In this document: one piece after another, positions 38,276 through 47,111 of the stretch
Layout of the letters: every line of letters begins with the position of its first letter
Position numbering within the stretch: position 1 is the stretch's first letter
Assembly (NCBI GenBank): GCA_039028615.1
Contig: JBCCHT010000009.1
Location: forward strand, 192,001 to 256,000
Direction: 5' to 3'
DNA from: Myxococcota bacterium
GTDB taxonomy: Bacteria > Myxococcota_A > Polyangia > Nannocystales > Nannocystaceae
Length of the DNA stretch: 64,000 bases
Made by a program: the position numbers and the translations under genes
The notes under the pieces: model-generated
What the model was told of the DNA's origin: nothing
The model's input: the letters and a program-made list of their open reading frames with translations, nothing else
The model's database searches: none

Positions 38276-40310
38276 GCGAACGACAGTGGCGAGCCTGGCC
38301 CTGGCTGCGATTGCAATGAGGGTCCCCGAATCCCTGGGCGCCGAGTTTCAGGGGATGGTGTCGAAACTCGACCCGGCGGTGTCCCGAAGTTCGCACGCGT
38401 TGGCCGATGCCCTGGCCCGCTTGCTCGAGCAGCCAAGTCCAGCCGACGAGCGGCTCGTGCGGGTGGGTGACGCGTTGGGCCTGCGGGAACTCGAGATCCT
38501 GACCGTTGCGCTGATCGTCGAGGGAGAGCGTGAGCCGATGGTCGGTCGGCTGCTCTCCCGTCTGCAGGACCCGGTCGGTGGCAGTCGGCCGACGCTCGGA
38601 CTGCTTCGCACCATGTTCGAGTGGGCGACCCCCGGAGACGTGATCGATGAGCTCCTGACCGGCGTCGCAGTGCAGACGGGTCTGCTGGAAGTCGTACCCC
38701 CAGGACCTCCGATGCCCGAGCGCGCGCTGCAGGTCCCGCCTCACTTGGTAATGGCTGTGCGGGGCCAAGCCGCGTCGGTCCCCGGAGCCACCGTTGGCCC
38801 CGATCCACGCTCGCCCCCGCTGACGCCGTCGTTGCTCGCGGATGCGCGGAGGTACGCCCATGGCCTCGAGCATCGCCCTCGCGCCGCCTTGACGATTCGG
38901 GCGGGATGCGACGCCGAACGGCGGGCCGCGGCCGAGGCGGTGGCTGCTGCACTCGGGCTCGCGCCGGTTTTCTTGCGAGATTGTCCCCTCGACGGGCTAG
39001 TCCCATGGCTGCTGCTCGAAGGCCTCGTCCCCGTATTCGAACGTGAACTCGCTCCCTCAGAGCGATGCGTCCTACCCGAGCTCGTCGGCTACTCGGGGCC
39101 GGTCTTGGCGACCTTGGGCCCGGACGGGGGCATCGTGGTCACCGGGAGCACCCCGATGTCGTGGTCCGTGCCCGTGCCGTCCGCAGCGGAGCGCAGAGAG
39201 TTGTGGGAGCGAGCGGTCGGAGATTCGGCCATGGCCGAGCGCCTCTCGCGAGGGCATCGACATGGGTGTGCTCGCATCGCGGAACTCGGTCGTCTCGCCC
39301 GGCAGCGCGCCGCCATGGATGCGCGCTCGGTCGCGAGAATCTCCGATGTGCTCGAAGCGTCGTGGTCGAGCGACGCCGGGGGGCTGGATGCGTTGGCGGA
39401 GCCCATGCGAGCCCGGATTGACGGCGACAGCTTGGTCTTGCCCGACCGGATTCAGCAGAGCCTCGACCTGTTTGTGCTTCGCTGTCGCGCGCGGGAAGGA
39501 CTCACCGATGGTCTGGGGAGTGCGTCCTCCACCCGCTACCGACCTGGGGTTCGGGGACTGCTGGTAGGGCCCTCGGGGACGGGCAAGACCCTGGCCGCCG
39601 GGTGGCTGGCGACCCAGCTGGACCTGCCCCTGTATCGAGTCGATGCCGCTTCGGTGGTGTCCAAGTACATCGGCGAGACCGAAAAAAACCTGGCGCAGCT
39701 GCTCGCGCGGGCAGAGGACGCGGAGGTCGTGCTGCTATTCGACGAAGCCGATTCACTGTTCGGCAAACGTACCGAGGTCAAGCAGAGCAACGACCGGTTT
39801 GCCAATGCTCAGACCAACTACTTGCTCCAGCGGATCGAGTCCTACGACGGCATCGTCGTACTCACGAGCAACAGCCGCTCGCGGTTCGACTCTGCGTTCA
39901 CTCGACGGCTGGACTTCGTGATCGACTTTCCCGCGCCGGAGCCCGAACAGCGTCGAGACTTGTGGGAACGGCATCTCGGCGAGGAGCACGACATCGATCG
40001 CTCCGAGCTCAACCGGCTGGCCGCGACCATCGATCTGTGCGGCGGTCACATACGCAACGTGGTGCTCTGTGCCGCGGTGCTGGCCAAGTCCGAGTCGCGC
40101 CGGGTCGGTTTTCGCGACCTCATTCGCGGGTTGGAGCTGGAGATGCTCAAGCTCAACCGCCAGGTGCCAGCCTCGATGTACGGCCAGCGCAGCGGAAGCC
40201 GAGTGCTTCGCAAGGGGCGTCGAGCACGGGCAGGTTCGGTCTCGGCTCGGGCCAACGGTGACGGCACAGAGCCCGTCGTCGTGTTGCAGGGGGGTGACGT
40301 GAGAGGCTGA
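38268..40310 (+). CDS. eCIS AAA+ ATPase (Afp15/Pvc15)
   Basis: GPSGTGKT, VVSKYIGETEKNL, LLFDEADSLFGKR, DRFAN, YLLQRIE, AFTRR; the first AAA module is degenerate. Confidence 0.95.
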   Translation: MVERTTVASLALAAIAMRVPESLGAEFQGMVSKLDPAVSRSSHALADALARLLEQPSPADERLVRVGDALGLRELEILTVALIVEGEREPMVGRLLSRLQDPVGGSRPTLGLLRTMFEWATPGDVIDELLTGVAVQTGLLEVVPPGPPMPERALQVPPHLVMAVRGQAASVPGATVGPDPRSPPLTPSLLADARRYAHGLEHRPRAALTIRAGCDAERRAAAEAVAAALGLAPVFLRDCPLDGLVPWLLLEGLVPVFERELAPSERCVLPELVGYSGPVLATLGPDGGIVVTGSTPMSWSVPVPSAAERRELWERAVGDSAMAERLSRGHRHGCARIAELGRLARQRAAMDARSVARISDVLEASWSSDAGGLDALAEPMRARIDGDSLVLPDRIQQSLDLFVLRCRAREGLTDGLGSASSTRYRPGVRGLLVGPSGTGKTLAAGWLATQLDLPLYRVDAASVVSKYIGETEKNLAQLLARAEDAEVVLLFDEADSLFGKRTEVKQSNDRFANAQTNYLLQRIESYDGIVVLTSNSRSRFDSAFTRRLDFVIDFPAPEPEQRRDLWERHLGEEHDIDRSELNRLAATIDLCGGHIRNVVLCAAVLAKSESRRVGFRDLIRGLELEMLKLNRQVPASMYGQRSGSRVLRKGRRARAGSVSARANGDGTEPVVVLQGGDVRG

Positions 40311-43300
40311 TGGCGGATGGCGCTCACATTGCGGGGAAGCGACGGAACGATGCGGCGAAGCCCTCGTCCTCGTCGAAACCTTCGTCTGTAGATCCCGTCG
40401 GGTCCAAGTCGGGGATGCCTGCGTTCTTGCAGGTTCCCAAGCAGGATCGGCAGGGAGCCTCCGCGTTCGATCACCATCGGGTCGACGACGCTGGGCCTCC
40501 CGTGCAGCGCGAGTGTTCTGATTGTGCGTCCGAAGGAAGCGTCGACGCGCCGGCCGTGCAGATGTGGAACTGCCGGGGTTATCGCAAACCGTCGTGTGTC
40601 CAGGCCAAAGAGGCGGGAGGCGCGGATGAACCGGTGCAGCAGGAGGCCGCGGAGGAGTCGGTGCAGCGAGACACCGTCTCCGCGGACGACACCGCCGTGC
40701 AGATGTGGAACTGCCGGGGCTATCGAAAACCGTCGTGTGTACAAGCGCAGCTGAGCGATGAGGTTCAGGCAAAGTGTGATGGTTGTGCGGCCGAGCAAGG
40801 AGTTCAGCAGGCCTCGGCCGACGCTCCGGCCCAAACATCCGGGCCCAGGGCGATCCGCAGCGCGGCGAGAAAGGGGCTGGCGAACGTCTCGAGTTCTCTT
40901 CCTCACCAGCGAGCGATTCAGGCCTCGTTCGGCCGACACGAGGTCGGGCACGTGCGTGCGGGAGTCGGGGGAGATGCGGGGGCTGCGGCACGAAGCATGG
41001 GCGCAGAGGCCTTCACGTCGGGCGATCGGATCGGGTTTCGAGAGTCGCCAAGCCTGCGGTTGGCGGCGCACGAGAGCGCTCACGTCATTCAGCAGCGCGA
41101 AGGGCTGAGCCTGCCGCAGCAGGTCGGAACACCCGGAGACCAGTGGGAGCAGCACGCCGATCGGGTCGCCGATGCCGTGGTCCGGGGGGACTCGGCCGAA
41201 CCCCTGCTCGACGAGGTCGCGCCCGGGGGGAGCGGCGAAACGACGCCGCCCGTTCAGCGTCAGATCACCAGCCTGGCGTCGCGGAAGTCGGAGCCGGCGC
41301 CTGCACGCGAAGAAGGAGAGGAACAACCGGAGCCCGAGCCGGAGCCCGAACCGGAGGTCGAGCCGGAGCCCGATGCCGAAGCGCCCAAAGAGGGCGCGCT
41401 CGAGACCGCGAACGCGATGGAGAGCGAGACGAAACCTCCGACGCCGCGCAAAGGGCCGCCTCCGAGCGGGTGCGAGAAGGCCTCGGGGCGAGAGGGGACG
41501 ATTCACGCTCCCAAGTACAGGGGCAGCAAGCAGGCGCGCCCCGACGGTGTCGACGAGCCGGAAGCGGACCGACCGTCCTCGAAGAAGAAGGGCGACTCGA
41601 GCATCGAGTTCGAGGAATGGAAAGACGAGCCGGATGTGTGCCCGGCCGAAAAGGAGGTCAACCAGCGGGCGGAGACGTTGCCTCCGCAGGTCAAGCCTGG
41701 CGAGGGCGCGGAGATCGAGCGGGTAGGGGAGACGGAACCGAAGCGAGATGGCTCGGGCGAGGAGACCGGGACCACGGACGACGAAGGGGTCGTTTCCGCG
41801 GCGGCCAACGATGCCGCACAGAAAGAGGCGATCGGAGCGGAGTTCGAGGCTCGGGTCGGAACGGCGGAATCCGAACGAGCCCAGTCGATCGGAAACTACG
41901 AGGCCTCGGTCGCGGGGCTCGAAGGGGTTCGTACACGGGCCGCCCAGCTCGAGCAGGGCTTCGGTTTCGAGCCGGGCGCGGACGAGGACGCCTACGCGGT
42001 CGAGCGACGGGACGCCGCGGAGGGCCAAGTGCGCGATTTCATGCGCCGGGCAGGCACGCAGCTCATCAGGGCTGTGGACTACGTGCAGCACGAGGTTCCC
42101 GGGTTGCTGAGCGAGAGCGCCGAGTCGGCCAAGGCCGCGATCGAAGCGCGCATGCAGGCGGAGAAGGACGCCATCTCGGCCCGGATCGCGCAGACCCGGA
42201 GCCTCGCGATTGCGGAGTCCATCGCCGCTCAGGCGCAGCTGCTGAGCGAGCACGCCAACGCGATCTCGATGGTGAACACCGAGACAGATGCCGCGATCGA
42301 AGCGCTCGACGAGCAGTACGAGACCTCGCGTGACACCGTCGACGAAACGGAAGACGGCGGCCTGGACGAGGTCAACCGACTCTTCGCTCGGGGGAGGAAA
42401 GACCACGAGGCCAGAGGCCCACACTGGGCTGCCAAAGCCGTCCAGCGAGGCCAGGACCACGCGGACGCGTACGAAGACCACAAGGAAAACGAGAAAGGAA
42501 AGGACTGGGAGGACGACGGTTTCTGGGACGGGTGTCTGTGGGTGCGACGGGCCCATGCACAGCAAGAGACCGCCTGTAAGACGGCCAAGGGGTACCGCGA
42601 CAAGTTCCTGCTCGCCGCAAATCGAAAGGCCTTCAACCTCAGGGACCAACGCAAGTCGATGCGTTGTGCGGTCATTGCCGGGGCGCGCCGCGTACGGGCC
42701 ACGCTCGACCAAACCCACGCCGATCTGGTGAACGGGCTGAAGACCGGGCGCGAGAAGACCCTCGACCAGTTGCAGCAAGCCTTCGACAAGAGCTCGGCAT
42801 CGATCTCCGATGGGCTCGACGCGACGATCGAGGCTCTGGCGTCACAGGAACGCGCTCAGCGGCAGGCCATCAACGACAACGGGTACCTCAAGCAGCTCGC
42901 CATCGAACGTGTGGCCCACACGGTCGCGGCCGGGCTGGCCGAGTCGATCCACTCGGCATTGGTCTCCGTGGACGGCACGCTCTCTGATCTACGAGCTCAA
43001 TTCGAGTCGGGTGAGGCGCCCGAGGCCGATGTCTTGGCCGAGCGGCTCGCTGCCGCTGACGAGGGCCTCAGCAGCGGGATGGGGACGTTGCTCGGAAAGA
43101 TGGAGGAAGGCGCCGGCGATGCCTTGATGCGCATCGACGGCACGCGAGATGCCGCGTTCGAAGCGCTCGCGAGGATTCGGGAGGGGAACGACTCGCAGTG
43201 TGTGCAAGTGGAGGCTCAGTTCTCCACCACGATGGCCACGATCATGGCGGGAGCCACGACCTCGATCGGCAGCGCGCGCGACACGATGGTCGAGCAGGCG

Positions 43301-45406
43301 CAGAAGGGAGCGACCTCGGGCGTCGAGTCGATGCAGAAGATCGTGACGGGCTATCAGCAGGCGGTCGAGGGCATCTACGGCAAGATCGACGAGGTCCTCA
43401 CCGAGTCGGAGGCCGAACTCGACGCGGAGCTTAAGAAGACCCACGACCAGCTCGACAACGTCATTCCCTGCGAGGCCTGGAAAGCGGCCGAGAAGGAGCA
43501 ACCCGCGTGGAAGAGCGTGGTCGCGATCCTGTTGATCATCGCGATCATCGTCATCGTCGCCGTCGTGGCCGGTCCCGCCGTGCTCGCTTTGGCGAAATCG
43601 GTAGGCACGTTCTTGGCGAGCGTGATCGTGGGGGCAATCTCGGGCGCGGTTTCGGGCGGATTGATGACGCTCGTCAACAACTGGGCCTCGGGGCGCGCAT
43701 GGGACGAAGGCCTCGTCGACGCGATCTTGATGGGAGCGATCGGCGGGGCCCTCGGCGGCGGACTCGGTTTCCTGGGCGGGGCCATGAGCGCCGGAGTGGG
43801 CACCGTGGCGAGGATCGGGATCAACCTCGGGGCCGACCTCGTGGCGGATGCACTCACCCAGGTGATCGGGATCCTCGGGTTCGGCCAGAGCTTCAGCCTC
43901 GAGAGCCTCCTGATGGCCGGCGTCATGTCGGGGGTGGGCTCGTTGAGCAGCGGCGCTCGGCCACGAGCAGGCGGACGCACACCGAGCGGTGGCGTCGATG
44001 TGCCGAGCGGGGGAGCCCGGACTCCGAGGGCCCAACGCGGTGCCAGTCGAGGTCGAAACGGCGGGGTTGAAGCCCCCAGTGCGCCTCGGGGGCGTACGAC
44101 CGGGCCCGATACACCGGGGGGACTCACGCCCGCACAGGTCGCCCGGCGGACGGTCGTGGGGGGAGTGCTCAAAGATCTCGGAGTCGGCGTCGGGTTTGGT
44201 CTTGGTGCCGAACTCGTCGGAATGCTCTTCGGCCGCGAGTTCGATGCGACCCGGATGTCGACCAACCTCGCGTCGGTCATGAGCACGCGGTTGGGTGGTC
44301 GCCTCGGTCGGACCGGGACGAGCGATCGGCCCTCGACGCCACCTCCCAAGCCACGCGGGCGACTGGGTCGGACCGCTGCGCGGATCCGCGGCCTCGACCA
44401 GCGGCTATCCCAGCGGTTGGATGGTGTCGGGCGTCGGGTCGAGGCGGGTGGAAAGCGGTTGGGCGATCGACTGCGGACGCGACCGGGGGCGCCCGATGTC
44501 GACCCCAACTCGCCGCGGCGTCGCGCGACGGATGAGCCGGAGCAGGTTCCGCCGCGTCGACTCGATGATCCGGATCCCAGGGTGCGGGAACCCGTGCCGG
44601 ATACCGACAACGGTGTCGTCGCTCGGGTGCCGGCTTCCGACGGGCACCACGTCAAGGTCCTGGATGACGGCCGGATCGTCCGCTGCAGCCCCACGTGCAC
44701 GACGCTGCAGATGCGCTACGGGCCGGAACTCGAGAGCAATCCGAGGCTGCGGCAAGAGCTGGAGGACATCCAGCGGATCCCGGACCCCCAGCGGCGAGCA
44801 GAACGGGCCGCCGATCTCGAGATTCGCTTGTCGCTCGAGATGAAGCGCCGGCCTTCTGCCGAGCGCGGGGATAACGATCCGGACGGACCGCAGCGGCACC
44901 CTCCGTCTGGTGAGCGTAGGATCGATCCCGAGCGATTCCAGTCGCTCGTGGACGACTTTGCCGCCAACGTGACGTCTTCCAATTTCACGGTTTGGAAACG
45001 ACGACAACTCGCGGCGGGCTACTCACCAGTCACGATTCAAGATGTCGTTCACCACGGAGCTCTGAAGATTGGGCGCAACCCCTGGAAAGATGACTGGTCG
45101 AGGTACTTGGCCGAGACTACGGGGCGGCCAATCCCTCGCGGCGAAATGGAGCGGCCTCATGCTCACCATATGGCCCAAAAGAAGGGGGGAGGGGGCCCTG
45201 GGAGGCTGAATCGCGAGATTCTCGCAGATGTCGGCATTGATCCTCTGCTATCGCGACACAACCTCGAGTGGGCGCCGAACGTGAAGGGACAACACGGGCG
45301 AGGACCTCAGGCAGAGCTGCTGCGCCGTTTGTTGCCAGCCCGGGGAGATCGGGCCAAGATCATCGAGGTTCTAAACGAATGGCGTGCGGTCACGGTGCAG
45401 AGATGA
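40310..45406 (+). CDS. DUF4157 (eCIS-core) polymorphic toxin with hydrophobic region and C-terminal AHH-family HNH nuclease
   Basis: GAEAFTSGDRIGF...LAAHESAHVIQQ...EQHADRVAD; Gly-rich hydrophobic stretch; C-terminal PHAHHMAQK...GIDP..SRHNLEWAPN..GQH. Confidence 0.88.
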   Translation: MADGAHIAGKRRNDAAKPSSSSKPSSVDPVGSKSGMPAFLQVPKQDRQGASAFDHHRVDDAGPPVQRECSDCASEGSVDAPAVQMWNCRGYRKPSCVQAKEAGGADEPVQQEAAEESVQRDTVSADDTAVQMWNCRGYRKPSCVQAQLSDEVQAKCDGCAAEQGVQQASADAPAQTSGPRAIRSAARKGLANVSSSLPHQRAIQASFGRHEVGHVRAGVGGDAGAAARSMGAEAFTSGDRIGFRESPSLRLAAHESAHVIQQREGLSLPQQVGTPGDQWEQHADRVADAVVRGDSAEPLLDEVAPGGSGETTPPVQRQITSLASRKSEPAPAREEGEEQPEPEPEPEPEVEPEPDAEAPKEGALETANAMESETKPPTPRKGPPPSGCEKASGREGTIHAPKYRGSKQARPDGVDEPEADRPSSKKKGDSSIEFEEWKDEPDVCPAEKEVNQRAETLPPQVKPGEGAEIERVGETEPKRDGSGEETGTTDDEGVVSAAANDAAQKEAIGAEFEARVGTAESERAQSIGNYEASVAGLEGVRTRAAQLEQGFGFEPGADEDAYAVERRDAAEGQVRDFMRRAGTQLIRAVDYVQHEVPGLLSESAESAKAAIEARMQAEKDAISARIAQTRSLAIAESIAAQAQLLSEHANAISMVNTETDAAIEALDEQYETSRDTVDETEDGGLDEVNRLFARGRKDHEARGPHWAAKAVQRGQDHADAYEDHKENEKGKDWEDDGFWDGCLWVRRAHAQQETACKTAKGYRDKFLLAANRKAFNLRDQRKSMRCAVIAGARRVRATLDQTHADLVNGLKTGREKTLDQLQQAFDKSSASISDGLDATIEALASQERAQRQAINDNGYLKQLAIERVAHTVAAGLAESIHSALVSVDGTLSDLRAQFESGEAPEADVLAERLAAADEGLSSGMGTLLGKMEEGAGDALMRIDGTRDAAFEALARIREGNDSQCVQVEAQFSTTMATIMAGATTSIGSARDTMVEQAQKGATSGVESMQKIVTGYQQAVEGIYGKIDEVLTESEAELDAELKKTHDQLDNVIPCEAWKAAEKEQPAWKSVVAILLIIAIIVIVAVVAGPAVLALAKSVGTFLASVIVGAISGAVSGGLMTLVNNWASGRAWDEGLVDAILMGAIGGALGGGLGFLGGAMSAGVGTVARIGINLGADLVADALTQVIGILGFGQSFSLESLLMAGVMSGVGSLSSGARPRAGGRTPSGGVDVPSGGARTPRAQRGASRGRNGGVEAPSAPRGRTTGPDTPGGLTPAQVARRTVVGGVLKDLGVGVGFGLGAELVGMLFGREFDATRMSTNLASVMSTRLGGRLGRTGTSDRPSTPPPKPRGRLGRTAARIRGLDQRLSQRLDGVGRRVEAGGKRLGDRLRTRPGAPDVDPNSPRRRATDEPEQVPPRRLDDPDPRVREPVPDTDNGVVARVPASDGHHVKVLDDGRIVRCSPTCTTLQMRYGPELESNPRLRQELEDIQRIPDPQRRAERAADLEIRLSLEMKRRPSAERGDNDPDGPQRHPPSGERRIDPERFQSLVDDFAANVTSSNFTVWKRRQLAAGYSPVTIQDVVHHGALKIGRNPWKDDWSRYLAETTGRPIPRGEMERPHAHHMAQKKGGGGPGRLNREILADVGIDPLLSRHNLEWAPNVKGQHGRGPQAELLRRLLPARGDRAKIIEVLNEWRAVTVQR
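40553..40747 (+). repeat. Intragenic direct repeat, 2 x 54 bp with 141-bp period, encoding AVQMWNCRGYRKPSCVQA
   Basis: Copies start at 40553 and 40694; identical peptide with several synonymous differences. Confidence 0.9.
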
Positions 45407-46032
45407 CAATGAACACGATTGATGAACTACGTCAGGCCCTTGCTGCATTGCTGCCCGGAGCGCTTCGGAAGCTCGTCGCCAGGATTCGAGAAGGAGAAGC
45501 GCGCGGCATCTATTCGTTCGTGCTCTATCCGTCGTCAGGGTTTCGTGACATCGGTACGGCTTTCTCTTCCAGACGGACGCTCGCGGAGGCCTACGAAAAA
45601 GGTCAGGCTCTCAACGCCGAGTTGGAGGCGATGATGAAGGAACATCCCGATCTCCAGCTGAACGATCTCTCCTACACGAGTTCGGAGGCCTACTACGAGG
45701 TCAACGCCTGCGAATGGCACTTCATCAGTCTCTTCCAGGAGGAGTTGGCTGAAGTGAATCGGACTATCGACCGCGTCTATTCGCTGCTACAGGATCAGGG
45801 CGTCGACTCCGCGACCATCAACTCGACTTTCGAGGAGTTGTCGGTGGAAGCCATCAAACGACTCAAGAGCGAGGGGGCCTTCTCAGCGCCCACGTTTGAG
45901 GACGATGTCTTGCTGGGAGTTCAGTTCCCGGATTCGAGCGATCAGGAACTCGTGGTTCGAGTTTCAGCGATTCTAAACTCGCCAGCTTGGCATACGAAGA
46001 TCATCCAGAACAGCAAGGAAGTCGACGAGTGA
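45403..46032 (+). CDS. Probable immunity protein (DUF4303-like)
   Basis: ATGA overlap with the toxin stop; acidic, ~209 aa; IYSFVLY..., NACEWHF. Confidence 0.7.
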   Translation: MTMNTIDELRQALAALLPGALRKLVARIREGEARGIYSFVLYPSSGFRDIGTAFSSRRTLAEAYEKGQALNAELEAMMKEHPDLQLNDLSYTSSEAYYEVNACEWHFISLFQEELAEVNRTIDRVYSLLQDQGVDSATINSTFEELSVEAIKRLKSEGAFSAPTFEDDVLLGVQFPDSSDQELVVRVSAILNSPAWHTKIIQNSKEVDE

Positions 46033-47102
46033 CGAGTCCGTCCGTAGCAAAACCTCATTCGATGGATGGCCGTGAGCCGCTGGCTATGTTGAGTTCGCTT
46101 CGTGACGGCCGTCGCACGGCGCGGGAGCTGCAGCTGCCGGGAGCCGACCTGCGGGGCGCCGACCTCACCAAGCTCCGCGCCGACGGTCTCGACCTCACGG
46201 GCGCCAATCTTCGCGGTACCACGCTGTCCCGTGTCCGCTGGGTCGGTTGTCGCTTACTCGACGCCGATCTTTCCAACGCTGACCTCGACCGCGCGGTCCT
46301 ACGAACGTGCGAACTCTCTGGCGCGCGCGCGAGCGGAGCCCGGCTGACCCACGCCCGGATCGAGAACGACAACGCTCAGGGAGCCGACTTCGGAGGAGCC
46401 GACTTCACCGACGCCTCGCTCGTCGATACCAATCTATCTCGAGCCCGGCTACGCAAGGCGCAACTTCGGCGGGCCAATGCGTCGGGAGTCATCCTCCGAG
46501 GAGCCGACCTCCGAGGAGCATGCTTGGCCGACGCGGACCTCAGCGATGCCGACCTCCGAGGCGCCGATCTGACGGATGCGGATCTTCGTGGGGCCGACCT
46601 CCGCGGCGCGGACCTGCGAGGGGCCATCATGGCCGACGCATGTCTCGACGGCGCTGAACTTTCGGGGACCCGGCGCGACGATGCCCCACCCCAAATGCCG
46701 CAGGAGCTGCAGCCACTCAGCACGGCGGTCAGCCCCCTCATCGTCGAGGTCCTGACCCAGCTACGGCAACACGGGCACGTCCCCAAGAACGCCGGCGACC
46801 GGTTACTACAGAGCATCCAGGATAGCCCGCTGGTACGCCAAACGGTCGCCGCCTCACCGGAACAGACAGATTCGTCCGGATTTCATCGAACGGTGTCTGC
46901 GGTAATGCGGGCCTTGGGAGGTGCGCAGGAGGACGTGCTCGAGCAAGCGGCCGAGTCCCTTCGCGGAGATTCGCGCGAACCGTCGCCCGGCGTGGCCGAC
47001 TTGATCCGTCGGGTCGCGGTCGAAATGGGGATGGACGCCGATACCAATCCCGAGGACCTACTGTCGAAGCTCACCGGGCAGCCACGGTCCGACGCGGAGT
47101 AG
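46029..47102 (+). CDS. Pentapeptide repeat protein with a helical C-terminal domain
   Basis: Many A(D/N)LxG/x repeats (ADLRG ADLTD ADLRG); GTGA overlap with the immunity gene stop. Confidence 0.88.
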   Translation: MTSPSVAKPHSMDGREPLAMLSSLRDGRRTARELQLPGADLRGADLTKLRADGLDLTGANLRGTTLSRVRWVGCRLLDADLSNADLDRAVLRTCELSGARASGARLTHARIENDNAQGADFGGADFTDASLVDTNLSRARLRKAQLRRANASGVILRGADLRGACLADADLSDADLRGADLTDADLRGADLRGADLRGAIMADACLDGAELSGTRRDDAPPQMPQELQPLSTAVSPLIVEVLTQLRQHGHVPKNAGDRLLQSIQDSPLVRQTVAASPEQTDSSGFHRTVSAVMRALGGAQEDVLEQAAESLRGDSREPSPGVADLIRRVAVEMGMDADTNPEDLLSKLTGQPRSDAE

Positions 47103-47111
47103 TTCGATCGC

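Larger units (their letters stand above)
6877..47102 (+). other. Extracellular contractile injection system (Afp/PVC-like) gene cluster with toxin-immunity module
   Basis: Cap, 2 sheaths, 2 tubes, Afp7-like, hub, spike, gp25, baseplate J, gpI-like, anchor-domain proteins, tape measure, AAA ATPase and DUF4157 toxin, all on the + strand with overlapping or near-abutting genes. No capsid, portal or terminase. Confidence 0.93.

Noticed and set aside
10232..40310. Prophage or type VI secretion system
   Set aside because: No capsid, portal, terminase or integrase, and no TssJLM, TssK or ClpV. The DUF4255 + gp19 tubes + Afp15-type ATPase + DUF4157 set indicates eCIS.
41320..41375. GAGCCG/GAGCCC hexamer run (also near 62750-62830)
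   Set aside because: Encodes ordinary Glu-Pro linkers, common in these proteins.
46130..46660. Repeated GCCGACCT-like units as a CRISPR or DNA repeat array
   Set aside because: They are the 15-bp periodicity of the pentapeptide coding sequence; no spacers or cas genes.
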